NCBI GenBank assembly: GCA_009914755.4
Contig: CP086569.2
Location: 29,632,001-29,696,000 of the forward strand
DNA: 64,000 nucleotides
From: the human T2T-CHM13v2.0 reference genome, Homo sapiens
Reading direction: 5' to 3'
Both the position numbers and the translations under genes were made by a program. This document shows positions 28,600 to 42,133 of the stretch, one piece after another. The notes under the pieces are model-generated. The model saw only the letters and a program-made list of their open reading frames with translations. It did not search any database and had not been told where the DNA came from. Within the stretch, counting starts at the first letter, position 1, and each line of letters begins with the position of its first letter.

Positions 28600-31500
28600 A
28601 TGGAATCGAACCACAAGGAATGGACAGGAATAGAATGGTCTCGAATTGAATGGAATCGTATGGAATGGCATCAAACGGAATGGAATGGACAGCCACGGAA
28701 TGGAATGCACTCGAATGCAATGGAGTCGAAACTAATGGACTGGAATAGAATGGACTCGACTGGTACGGACTCCAATGGAATGGAATCGAATGGAAGGGAA
28801 TCGAACGGAATGGACTCGAAGTGAAAAGACTGCAATGGAAAGGTCTCGAATGGAATGGAAATTAATGGAATGGAATGGAATCGAATGAAATGGAGTCAAA
28901 AGGAATGGAATCGAATGGCAAGAAATCGAATGTAATGGAATCGCAAGGAATTGATGTGAACGGAACGGAATGGAATGGAATCCAAAGGAATGGAATAGAA
29001 TGGAATGGAATCGAATGGAAAGGACTCGAATGGAAATCACTCGAATAGAATGCAATTTAATAAAATAGGATCAAATGTAATGGAATGGAATGGAAAGGAA
29101 TCGAAACGAAAGGAATGGAGACAGATGGAATGGAATGGAACAGAGAGCAATGGTATAGAATGGAATGGAATCATCTGGAATGGAATTGAATGGAATGGAA
29201 TAATATGAAATGGAATGGAATGGAATGGAATGGAATGCCCTTGAATTAAATGGACTGGACTCGAACAGAGTGGAATGGAAAGTGTTGAGATAGAATGGCA
29301 TGGACTCCTTCGGAATGGTGTAGTATGCAATGCAATCGACTGGCAGGGAATCAAAAGGAATGTAATGGAATGGATTGGACTGGAATGCAATGGACTCGAA
29401 TACATTGGAAACGGAATGCAAAGGAATGGAATGGAATAGTATGGAATGGAATGGAAAGGAATGGAGTGGAATAGACTAGAGTGGAATGGAATGGACTGGA
29501 AAGCAATGGACTGGAATGGAACTTTCTTGAATGGACTGGAATCAAACGGAATGGAATGCAATGCAATCAAATGGCATGGAATAAAATAGAATGAAAGAGA
29601 ATCAAATGGAATTGAATCGAATGGAATCGAATGGATTGGAAAGGAATAGAATGGAATGGAATGGAATTGACTCAAATGGAATGGACTAGAATGGAATGGA
29701 TTCGAATGGAAGGCAAAGGAATGGAATCTATTGGAATGGACTGTAATGGAATGGAATGGAAGGGATTGGAATGGACTCGAATGGAATGGACTGCAATAGA
29801 AAGGATTCGAATGGAATGAAAAAGAATTGAATGGAATAGAACAGAATGGAATCAAATCGAATGAAATGGAATGGAATAGAAAGGAATGGAATGAAATGGA
29901 ATGGAAAGGATTCGAATGGAATGCAATCGAATGGAATGGAATCGAACGGAATGGAATAAAATGGAAGAAAACTGGCAAGAAATGGAATCGAAATGAATGG
30001 AGTGTTATGGAACGGACTCAAAAGGAATTGAATGTAATAGAATGGAGTGGAGTGGACTCGAATATAATGGACTGGAATGGAATGAAATCACTTGGAATGG
30101 GAACGAATGGAATGGAATGGAAAGGAATGGAATCGAATGGAAAGGAATCGAATGGAAGGGAATGAAATTGAATCAACAGGAATGGAAGGGAATAGAATAG
30201 ACGGTAATGGAATGGACTCGAATAGAATGGACACGAATGCTCAAATTGAATGGACTCGAATGGAATGGAAACGAAAGGAATGTCATCGAATGGAATTGAA
30301 TCGATTGGAATGAAATCGCATAGAATGGAGTGGAATCAAATGGAATTGAATCGAAAGGAAAGGAAGCGAATGGACTGAAATGAAATGGAATGGAATTGAA
30401 TGGAAAGTAATGCAATGGAATAGAATGGAACGAAATTTCACGGAATGGAATCAAACTGAATGGAATCAAATCAATGGAATCAAATCAAATGGAATGGAAA
30501 GGAATTGAATGGAGTAGATTGGATTGGATGGGATTGGAATGAAATGTACTGGAAAGGACTCGAATTTCATGAAACGGAATGGAATGAATTGGAACGGAAT
30601 GGACTCGAATGGAATGGAATGTCATGGAATGGCATCAAATGGAATGGCATCAAATGGAATGGAATCGAATGCAATGGAATGCTATGGAATGGAATGGAAT
30701 GCATTGGAATGGAATGTCCTCTAATGGAATGGATTCGAGTGGAATGGAATCGAATATAATGGAGTCGAATGAAATGGAATTGAAAGGAATGGGATCGAAT
30801 ACAATGGAATATACTGGAATGTAATGTAATGAACTCGAATGTAATTGACTGGAATGGAATGTACATGAATGGAATGTAATCGAATGGAAAGTAATCCAAT
30901 GGAATAGAATCTAATGCAATAAAATCGACTCAGATAGAGTAGAATGTAATGGAATGGAGTGCAGTGCAATGGAATGGAATGGAATGGAATGGAATGGAAT
31001 GGAATGGAATGGAATGGGATGGAATGGAATGGAATGGAATGGGATGGAATGGTTTGGAATGGATAGTAATGGACTGGAGTGAAATTTACCGGAAAGGAAT
31101 GGACTCAAATTGAAAGGGCTCGAAAGGAATGGAGTCAAATGGAATGGTCTGGAATGGAATGAACACGAATGTAATGCAATCCAATAGAATGGAAACGAAT
31201 GGCATGGAATATAAAGAAATGGAATCGAAGAGAATGGAAACAAATGGAATGGAATTGAATGGAATGGAATTGAATGGAATGGGAACGAATGGAGTGAAAT
31301 TGTATGCAGTAGAAGGGAATAGAATGGAATGCAAGCGAAAGGAAAGGAATGGATTGGAATGGAATGGAATTCATTGGAATGGAAGGGAATGTAGTGTAAT
31401 GGACAGGCCTGGAATAAAGTGGAATGCTACGGTCTCGAATGGAATAAAAATATATGGAATGGAATGCACTGAAACGGAATCGAATGTCATAGAATGTAAT

Positions 31501-32158
31501 GGAATGCAAAAAAATGGAATCCAAAATCATTGACTGGAAAGGCTGGGTGTCGAAAGGAATTGACTCCAATGGAATGGAATCGAATGGAATGGAAGTGAAT
31601 AGAATCGAACTAAATCGAATGGAATGGAATTGATAGGAACGGAATGGAAAGGAATGCAATGATTTGGCATGGAATGGAATCGAATGGCATCGAATGGAAT
31701 GGAATGGAATGCAATGGAATGGAATGTATTAGAATGTAATGAACTTTAATGGAATGTACTCGAATGGATTCGACTGGAATGGAATGTTCTGGAAGTGAAT
31801 GGACTCCAATGGAATGGATTCAAAAGGAATGGAATCGTACGGAATGGAAACTAATGAAATGGAATTAAATGGAAATGAATCAAATTGAATAGCACGGAAT
31901 TGAATTCAATGGAATCGAATGCAATGGAATCTAATGAAACGGAACGGAAAGGAATGGAATGGAATGGAATGGGCTGGAATGGAAAGGAATCGAAACGAAT
32001 GGAATGGAATCGAACTGAAGAGACTGGAATGGAATGCACTGGAATGGAAGGGAGTGTAATGGAAGGTTCTCGAAAAAAATGGAATCGAATGGAATGCAAT
32101 TGAATGGAACGGAATAGAGTCGAATGGAATTGAATGGAATGGAATGGACTAGAGTGAA
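28600..32158 (+). repeat. HOR copy 9 (3559 bp)
   Basis: Landmark recurrence at 28600 and 32159. Confidence 0.85.
30971..31015 (+). repeat. Perfect (GGAAT)9 run. It is part of a ~100-bp near-pure pentamer block found at HOR offset ~+2350-2450 in every copy, with variable copy number.
   Basis: ggaat is repeated 9 times without a mismatch from 30971 to 31015. The neighbouring copies have shorter perfect runs at the same HOR position. Confidence 0.8.
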
Positions 32159-35022
32159 ATGGAATCGAACCACAAGGAATGGACAGGAATAGAATGGTCT
32201 CGAATTGAATGGAATCGTATGGAATGGCATCAAACGGAATGGAATGGACAGCCACGGAATGTAATGCACTCGAATGCAATGGAGTCGAAACTAATGGACT
32301 GGAATAGAATGGACTCGACTGGTACGGACTCCAATGGAATGGAATCGAATGGAAGGGAATCGATCGGAATGGACTCGAATGGAAAAGACTGCAATGGAAA
32401 GGTCTCGAATGGAATGGAAATTAATGGAATGGAATGGAATCGAATGAAATGTAGTCAAAAGGAATGCAATCGAATGGGAAGAAATCGAATGTAATGCAAT
32501 CGCAAGGAATTGATGTGAACGGAACGGAATGGAATGGAATCCAAAGGAATGGAATAGAATGGAATGGAATCGAATGGAAAGGACTCGAATGGAAATCACT
32601 CGAATAGAATGCAATTTAATAAAATAGGATCAAATGTAATGGAATGGAATGGAAAGGAATCGAAACGAAAGGAATGGAGACAGATGGAATGGAATGGAAC
32701 AGAGAGCAATGGTATAGAATGGAATGGAATCATCTGGAATGGAATTGAATGGAATGGAATAATATGAAATGGAATGGAATGGAATGGAATGGAATGCCCT
32801 TGAATTAAATGGACTGGAATGGAATGGACTCGAACAGAGTGGAATGGAAAGTGTTGAGATAGAATGGAATGGACTCCTTCGGAATGGTCTAGTATGCAAT
32901 GCAATCGACTGGCAGGGAATCAAAAGGAATGTAATGGAATGGATTGGACTGGAATGCAATGGACTCGAATAGATTGGAAACGGAATGCAAAGGAATGGAA
33001 TGGAATAGTATGGAATGGAATGGAAAGGAATGGAGTGGAATAGACTAGAGTGGAATGGAATGGACTGGAAAGCAATGGACTGGAATGGAACTTTCTTGAA
33101 TGGACTGGAATCAAACGGAATGGAATGCAATGCAATCAAATGGCATGGAATAAAATAGAATGAAAGAGAATCAAATGGAATTGAATCGAATGGAATCGAA
33201 TGGATTGGAAAGGAATAGAATGGAATGGAATGGAATTGACTCAAATGGAATGGAGTAGAAAGGAATGGATTCGAATGGAAGGCAAAGGAATGAAATCTAT
33301 TGGAATGGACAGTAATGGAATGGAATGGAAGGGATTGGAATGGACTCGAATGGAATGGACTGCAATAGAAAGGATTCGAATGGAATGAAAAAGAATTGAA
33401 TGGAATAGAACAGAATGGAATCAAATCGAATGAAATGGAATGGAATAGAAAGGAATGGAATGAAATGGAATGGAAAGGATTCGAATGGAATGCAATCGAA
33501 TGGAATGCAATCGAATGGAATGGAATCGAACGGAATGGAATAAAATGGAAGAAAACTGGCAAGAAATGGAATCGAAATGAATGGAGTGTTATGGAACGGA
33601 CTCAAAAGGAATTGAATGTAATAGAATGGAGTGGAGTGGACTCGAATATAATGGACTGGAATGGAATGAAATCACATGGAATGGGAACGAATGGAATGGA
33701 ATGGAAAGGAATGGAATCGAATGGAAAGGAATCGAATGGAAGGGAATGAAATTGAATCAACAGGAATGGAAGGGAATAGAATAGACGGTAATGGAATGGA
33801 CTCGAATAGAATGGACACGAATGCTCAAATTGAATGGACTCGAATGTAATGGAAACGAAAGGAATGTCATCGAATGGAATTGAATCGATTGGAATGAAAT
33901 CGCATAGAATGGAGTGGAATCAAATGGAATTGAATCGAAAGGAAAGGAAGCGAATGGACTGAAATGAAATGGAATGGAATTGAATGGAAAGTAATGCAAT
34001 GGAATAGAATGGAACGAAATTTCACGGAATGGAATCAAACTGAATGGAATCAAATCAATGGAATCAAATCAAATGGAATGGAAAGGAATTGAATGGAGTA
34101 GATTGGATTGGATGGGATTGGAATGAAATGTACTGGAAAGGACTCGAATTTCATGAAACGGAATGGAATGAATTGGAACGGAATGGACTCGAATGGAATG
34201 GAATGTCATGGAATGGCATCAAATGGAATGGCATCAAATGGAATGGAATCGAATGCAATGGAATGCTATGGAATGGAATGGAATGCATTGGAATGGAATG
34301 TCCTCTAATGGAATGGATTCGAGTGGAATGGAATCGAATATAATGGAGTCGAATGAAATGGAATTGAAAGGAATGGGATCGAATACAATGGAATATACTG
34401 GAATGTAATGTAATGAACTCGAATGTAATTGACTGGAATGGAATGTACATGAATGGAATGTAATCGAATGGAAAGTAATCCAATGGAATAGAATCTAATG
34501 CAATAAAATCGACTCAGATAGAGTAGAATGTAATGGAATGGAGTGCAGTGCAATGGAATGGAATGGAATGGAATGCAATGGAATGGAATGTATTAGAATG
34601 TAATGAACTTTAATGGAATGTACTCGAATGGATTCGACTGGAATGGAATGTTCTGGAAGTGAATGGACTCCAATGGAATGGATTCGAAAGGAATGGAATC
34701 GAACGGAATGGAATCTAATGGAATGGAATTAAATGGAAATGAATCAAATTGAATAGCACGGAATTGAATTGAATGGAATCGAATGCAATGGAATCTAATG
34801 AAACGGAAAGGAAAGGAATGGAATGGAATGGAATGGGCTGGAATGGAAAGGAATCGAAACGAATGGAATGGAATCGAACTGAAGAGACTGGAATGGAATG
34901 CACTGGAATGGAAGGGAGTGTAATGGAAGGTTCTCGAAAATAATGGAATCGAATGGAATGGAATTGAATGGAACGGAATAGAGTCGAATGGAATTGAATG
35001 GAATGGAATGGACTGGAGTGAA
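32159..35022 (+). repeat. HOR copy 10, a deletion variant (2864 bp). About 715 bp of the unit's 3' third are missing. It also carries a 15-bp (3-pentamer) duplication at ~33491-33520.
   Basis: The unit spans only 2864 bp. The sequence jumps from the pure-GGAAT block at HOR offset ~+2400 straight to ...gcaatggaatggaatgtattagaatgtaatgaactttaatgg at offset ~+3115. The MESNGMVWNGMNTNV landmark ORF seen in other copies is absent. Confidence 0.85.
34556..34590 (+). other. Deletion junction of copy 10. The breakpoint lies inside a ~31-bp direct homology, ggaatggaatggaatgcaatggaatggaatg, that occurs at two places ~715 bp apart in intact units.
   Basis: In intact copy 11 the same 31-mer is present at ~37394-37424 and ~38109-38139. 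In copy 10 only one copy remains and the intervening sequence is gone. Confidence 0.75.
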
Positions 35023-38000
35023 ATGGAATCGAACCACAAGGAATGGACAGGAATACAATGGTCTCGAATTGAATGGAATCGTATGGAATGGCATCAAACG
35101 GAATGGAATGGACAGCCACGGAATGGAATGCACTCGAATGCAATGGAGTCGAAACTTATGGACTGGAATAGAATGGACTCGACTGGTACGGACTCCAATG
35201 GAATGGAATCGAATGGAAGGGATTCGAACGGAATGGACTCGAAGGGAAAAGACTGCAATGGAAAGGCCTCGAATGGAATGGAAATTAATGGAATGGAATG
35301 GAATCGAATGAAATGGAGTCAAAAGGAATGGAATCGAATGGCAAGAAATCGAATGTAATGGAATCGCAAGGAATTGATGTGAACGGAACGGAATGGAATG
35401 GAATCCAAAGGAATGGAATAGAATGGAATGGAATCGAATGGAAAGGACTCGAATGGAAATCACTCGAATAGAATGCAGTTTAATAAAATAGGATCAAATG
35501 TAATGGAATGGAATGGAAAGGAATCGAAACGAAAGGAATGGAGACAGATGGAATGGAATGGAACAGAGAGCAATGGTATAGAATGGAATGGAATCATCTG
35601 GAATGGAATTGAATGGAATGGAATAATATGAAATGGAATGGAATGGAATGGAATGGAATGCCCTTGAATTAAATGGACTGGAATGGAATGGACTCGAACA
35701 GAGTGGAATGGAAAGTGTTGAGATAGAATGGAATGGACTCCTTTGGAATGGTGTAGTATGCAATGCAATCGACTGGCAGGGAATCAAAAGGAATGTAATC
35801 GAATGGATTGGACTGGAATGCAATGGACTCGAATAGATTGGAAACGGAATGCAAAGGAATGGAATGGAATAGTATGGAATGGAATGGAAAGGAATGGAGT
35901 GGAATAGACTAGAGTGGAATGGAATGGACTGGAAAGCAATGGACTGGAATGGAACTTTCTTGAATGGACTAGAATCAAACAGAATGGAATGCAATGCAAT
36001 CAAATGGCATGGAATAAAATAGAATGAAAGAGAATCAAATGGAATTGAATCGAATGGAATCGAATGGATTGGAAAGGAATAGAATGGAATGGAATGGAAT
36101 TGACTCAAATGGAATGGACTAGAATGGAATGGATTCGAATGGAAGGCAAAGGAATGGAATCTATTGGAATGGACTGTAATGGAATGGAATGGAAGGGATT
36201 GGAATGGACTGCAATAGAAAGGATTCGAATGGAATGAAAAAGAATTGAATGGAATAGAACAGAATGGAATCAAATCGAATGAAATGGAATGGAATAGAAA
36301 GGAATGGAATGAAATGGAATGGAAAGGATTCGAATGGAATGCAATCGAATGGAATGGAATCGAACGGAATGGAATAAAATGGAAGAAAACTGGCAAGAAA
36401 TGGAATCGAAATGAATGGAGTGTTATGGAACGGACTCAAAAGGAATTGAATGTAATAGAATGGAGTGGAGTGGACTCGAATATAATGGACTGGAATGGAA
36501 TGAAATCACATGGAATGGGAACGAATGGAATGGAATGGAAAGGAATGGAATCGAATGGAAAGGAATCGAATGGAAGGGAATGCAATTGAATCAACAGGAA
36601 TGGAAGGGAATAGAATAGACGGTAATGGAATGGACTCGAATAGAATGGACACGAATGCTCAAATTGAATGGACTCGAATGGAATGGAAACGAAAGGAATG
36701 TCATCGAATGGAATTGAATCGATTGGAATGAAATCGCATAGAATGGAGTGGAATCAAATGGAATTGAATCGAAAGGAAAGGAAGCGAATGGACTGAAATG
36801 AAATGGAATGGAATTGAATGGAAAGTAATGCAATGGAATAGAATGGAACGAAATTTCACGGAATGGAATCAAACTGAATGGAATCAAATCAATGGAATCT
36901 AATCAAATGGAATGGAAAGGAATTGAATGGAGTAGATTGGATTGGATGGGATTGGAATGAAATGTACTGGAAAGGACTCGAATTTCATGAAACGGAATGG
37001 AATGAATTGGAACGGAATGGACTCGAATGGAATGGAATGTCATGGAATGGCATCAAATGGAATGGCATCAAATAGAATGGAATCGAATGCAATGGAATGT
37101 TATGGAATGAAATGGAATGCATTGCAATGGAATGTCCTCTAATGGAATGGATTCGAGTGGAATGGAATCGAATATAATGGAGTCGAATGAAATGGAATTG
37201 AAAGGAATGGGATCGAATACAATGGAATATACTGGAATGTAATGTAATGAACTCGAATGTAATTGACTGGAATGGAATGTACATGAATGGAATGTAATCG
37301 AATGGAAAGTAATCCAATGGAATAGAATCTAATGCAATAAAACCGACTCAGATAGAGTAGAATGTAATGGAATGGAGTGCAGTGCAATGGAATGGAATGG
37401 AATGGAATGCAATGGAATGGAATGGTATGCAATGGAATGGAATGGAATGGAATGGGATGGAATGGGATGGAATGGATAGTAATGGACTGGAGTGAAATGG
37501 ACTGGAAAGGAATGGACTCAAATTGAAAGGGCTCGAAAGGAATGGAGTCAAATGGAATGGTCTGGAATGGAATGAACACGAATGTAATGCAATCCAATAG
37601 AATGGAATCGAATGGCATGGAATATAAAGAAATGGAATCGAAGAGAATGGAAACAAATGGAATGGAATTGAATGGAATGGAATTGAATGGAATGGGAACG
37701 AATGGAGTGAAATTGTATGCAGTAGAAAGGAATAGAATGGAATGCAAGCGACAGGAAAGGAATGAATTGGAATGGAATGGAATTCATTGGAATGGAAGGG
37801 AATGTAGTGTAATGGACAGGCCTGGAATAAAGTGGAATGCTACGGTCTCGAATGGAATAAAAATGTATGGAATGGAATGCAATGAAACGGAATCGAATGT
37901 CATAGAATGTAATGGAATGCAAAAAAATGGAATCCAAAATCATTGACTGCAAAGGCTGGGTGTCGAAAGGAATTGACTCCAATGGAATGGAATCGAATGG

Positions 38001-38571
38001 AATGGAAGTGAATAGAATCGAACTAAATCGAATGGAATGGAATTGATAGGAACGGAATGGAAAGGAATGCAATGATTTGGCATGGAATGGAATCGAATGG
38101 CATCGAATGGAATGGAATGGAATGCAATGGAATGGAATGTTTTAGAATGTAATGAACTTTAATGGAATGTACTCGAATGGATTCGACTGGAATGGAATGT
38201 TCTGGAAGTGAATGGACTCCAATGGAATGGATTCAAAAGGAATGGAATCGTACGGAATGGAATCTAATGGAATGGAATTAAATGGAAGTGAATCAAATTG
38301 AATAGCACGGAATTGAATTGAATGGAATGGAATGCAATGGAATCTAATGAAACGGAAAGGAAAGGAATGGAATGGAATGGAATGGGCTGGAATGGAAAGG
38401 AATCGAAACGAATGGAATGGAATCGAACTGAAGAGACTGGAATGGAATGCACTGGAATGGAAGGGAGTGTAATGGAAGGTTCTCGAAAAAAATGGAATCG
38501 AATGGAATGGAATTGAATGGAACGGAATAGAGTCGAATGGAATTGAATGGAATGGAATGGACTAGAGTGAA
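35023..38571 (+). repeat. HOR copy 11 (3549 bp). It carries an extra GGCC at 35265-35268 and the variant aaacttatgg at ~35155.
   Basis: Landmark recurrence at 35023 and 38572. Confidence 0.85.
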
Positions 38572-41500
38572 ATGGAATCGAACCACAAGGAATGGACAGG
38601 AATAGAATGGTCTCGAATTGAATGGAATCGTATGGAATGGCATCAAACGGAATGGAATGGACAGCCACGGAATGGAATGCACTCGAATGCAATGGAGTCG
38701 AAACTAATGGACTGAAATAGAATGGACTCGACTGGTACGGACTCCAATGGAATGGAATCGAATGGAAGGGAATCGAACGGAATGGACTCGAAGGGAAAAG
38801 ACTGCAATGGAAAGGTCTCGAATGGAATGAAAATTAATGGAATGGAATGGAATCGAATGAAATGGAGTCAAAAGGAATGGAATCGAATGGCAAGAAATCG
38901 AATGTAATGGAATCGCAAGGAATTGATGTGAACGGAACGGAATGGAATGGAATCCAAAGGAATGGAATAGAATGGAATGGAATCGAATGGAAAGGACTCG
39001 AATGGAAATCACTCGAATAGAATGCAATTTAATAAAATAGGATCAAATGTAATGGAATGGAATGGAAAGGAATCGAAACGAAAGGAATGGAGACAGATGG
39101 AATGGAATGGAACAGAGAACAATGGTATAGAATGGAATGGAATCATCTGGAATGAAATTGAATGGAATGGAATAATATGAAATGGAATGGAATGGAATGG
39201 AATGGAATGCCCTTGAATTAAATGGACTGGAATGGAATGGACTCGAACAGAGTGGAATGGAAAGTGTTGAGATAGAATGGAATGGACTCCTTTGGAATGG
39301 TGTAGTATGCAATGCAATCGACAGGCAGGGAATCAAAAGGAATGTAATCGAATGGATTGGACTGGAATGCAATGGACTCGAATAGATTGCAAACGGAATG
39401 CAAAGGAATGGAATGGAATAGTATGGAATGGAATGGAAAGGAATGGAGTGGAATAGACTAGAGTGGAATGGAATGGACTGGAAAGCAATGGACTGGAATG
39501 GAACTTTCTTGAATGGACTGGAATCAAACGGAATGGAATGCAATGCAATCAAATGGCATGGAATAAAATAGAATGAAAGAGAATCAAATGGAATTGAATC
39601 GAATGGAATCGAATGGATTGGAAAGGAATAGAATGGAATGGAATGGAATTGACTCAAATGGAATGGACTAGAATGGAATGGATTCGAATGGAAGGCAAAG
39701 GAATGGAATATATTGGAATGGACTGTAATGGAATGGAATGGAAGGGATTGGAATGGACTCGAATGGAATGGACTGCAATAGAAAGGATTCGAATGGAATG
39801 AAAAAGAATTGAATGGAATAGAACAGAATGGAATCAAATCGAATGAAATGGAATGGAATAGAAAGGAATGGAATGAAATGGAATGGAAAGGATTCGAATG
39901 GAATGCAATCGAATGGAATGGAATCGAACGGAATGGAATAAAATGGAAGAAAACTGGCAAGAAATGGAATCGAAATGAATGGAGTGTTATGGAACGGACT
40001 CAAAAGGAATTGAATGTAATAGAATGGAGTGGAGTGGACTCGAATATAATGGACTGGAAGAATGGAATGAAATCACATGGAATGGGAACGAATGGAATGG
40101 AATGGAAAGGAATGGAATCGAATGGAAAGGAATCGAATGGAAGGGAATGAAATTGAATCAACAGGAATGGAAGGGAATAGAATAGACGGTAATGGAATGG
40201 ACTCGAATAGAATGGACACGAATGCTCAAATTGAATGGACTCGAATGGAATGGAAACGAAAGGAATGTCATCGAATGGAATTGAATCGATTGGAATGAAA
40301 TCGCATAGAATGGAGTGGAATCAAATGGAATTGAATCGAAAGGAAAGGAAGCGAATGGACTGAAATGAAATGGAATGGAATTGAATGGAAAGTAATGCAA
40401 TGGAATAGAATGGAACGAAATTTCACGGAATGGAATCAAACTGAATGGAATCAAATCAATGGAATCTAATCAAATGGAATGGAAAGGAATTGAATGGAGT
40501 AGATTGGATTGGATGGGATTGGAATGAAATGTACTGGAAAGGACTCGAATTTCATGAAACGGAATGGAATGAATTGGAACGGAATGGACTCGAATGGAAT
40601 GGAATGTCATGGAATGGCATCAAATGGAATGGCATCAAATGGAATGGAATCGAATGCAATGGAATGTTATGGAATGGAATGGAATGCATTGGAATGGAAT
40701 GTCCTGTAATGGAATGGATTCGAGTGGAATGGAATCGAATATAATGGAGTCGAATGAAATGGAATTGAAAGGAATGGGATCGAATACAATGGAATATACT
40801 GGAATGTAATGTAATGAACTCGAATGTAATTGACTGGAATGGAATGTACATGAATGGAATGTAATCGAATGGAAAGTAATCCAATGGAATAGAATCTAAT
40901 GCAATAAAACCGACTCAGATAGAGTAGAATGTAATGGAATGGAGTGCAGTGCAATGGAATGGAATGGAATGGAATGCAATGGAATGGAATGGAATGGAAT
41001 GGAATGGAATGGAATGGGATTGAATGGGATGGAATGGATAGTAATGGACTGGAGTGAAATGGACTGGAAAGGAATGGACTCAAATTGAAAGGGCTCGAAA
41101 GGAATGGAGTCAAATGTAATGGTCTGGAATGGAATGAACACGAATGTAATGCAATCCAATAGAATGGAATCGAATGGCATGGAATATAAAGAAATGGAAT
41201 CGAAGAGAATGGAAACAAATGGAATGGAATTGAATGGAATGGAATTGAATGGAATGGGAACGAATGGAGTGAAATTGTATGCAGTAGAAGGGAATAGAAT
41301 GGAATGCAAGCGACAGGAAAGGAATGAATTGGAATGGAATGGAATTCATTGGAATGGAAGGGAATGTAGTGTAATGGACAGGCCTGGAATAAAGTGGAAT
41401 GCTACGGTCTCGAATGGAATAAAAATGTATGGAATGGAATGCAATGAAACGGAATCGAATGTCATAGAATGTAATGGAATGCAAAAAAATGGAATCCAAA

Positions 41501-42133
41501 ATCATTGACTGCAAAGGCTGGGTGTCGAAAGGAATTGACTCCAATGGAATGGAATCGAATAGAATGGAAGTGAATAGAATCGAACTAAATCGAATGGAAT
41601 GGAATTGATAGGAACGGAATGGAAAGGAATGCAATGATTTGGCATGGAATGGAATCGAATGGCATCGAATGGAATGGAATGGAATGCAATGGAATGGAAT
41701 GTATTAGAATGTAATGAACTTTAATGGAATGTACTCGAATGGATTCGACTGGAATGGAATGTTCTGGAAGTGAATGGACTCCAATGGAATGGATTCAAAA
41801 GGAATGGAATCGTACGGAATGGAATCTAATGGAATGGAATTAAATGGAAGTGAATCAAATTGAATAGCACGGAATTGAATTGAATGGAATGGAATGCAAT
41901 GGAATCTAATGAAACGGAAAGGAAAGGAATGGAATGGAATGGAATGGGCTGGAATGGAAAGGAATCGAAACGAATGGAATGGAATCGAACTGAAGAGACT
42001 GGAATGGAATGCACTGGAATGGAAGGGAGTGTAATGGAAGGTTCTAGAAAAAAATGGAATCGAATGGAATGGAATTGAATGGAACGGAATAGAGTCGAAT
42101 GGAATTGAATGGAATGGAATGGACTAGAGTGAA
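38572..42133 (+). repeat. HOR copy 12 (3562 bp)
   Basis: Landmark recurrence. The variant ggactgaaatagaatgg at ~38711 is shared with copy 13 at ~42273. Confidence 0.85.

Noticed and set aside
34988-35463. Unusually long ORFs in copies 11 and 16 (222-aa and 227-aa minus-strand ORFs, and + ORFs of type MNGIVWNGIKRNGMDSHGMECTRMQWS) that are absent from other copies
   Set aside because: They arise because shared point variants (e.g. aaacttatgg, gggattcgaacgg) remove stop codons that other copies have. Composition and context are still pure satellite, so they are markers of a unit subfamily and not genes.
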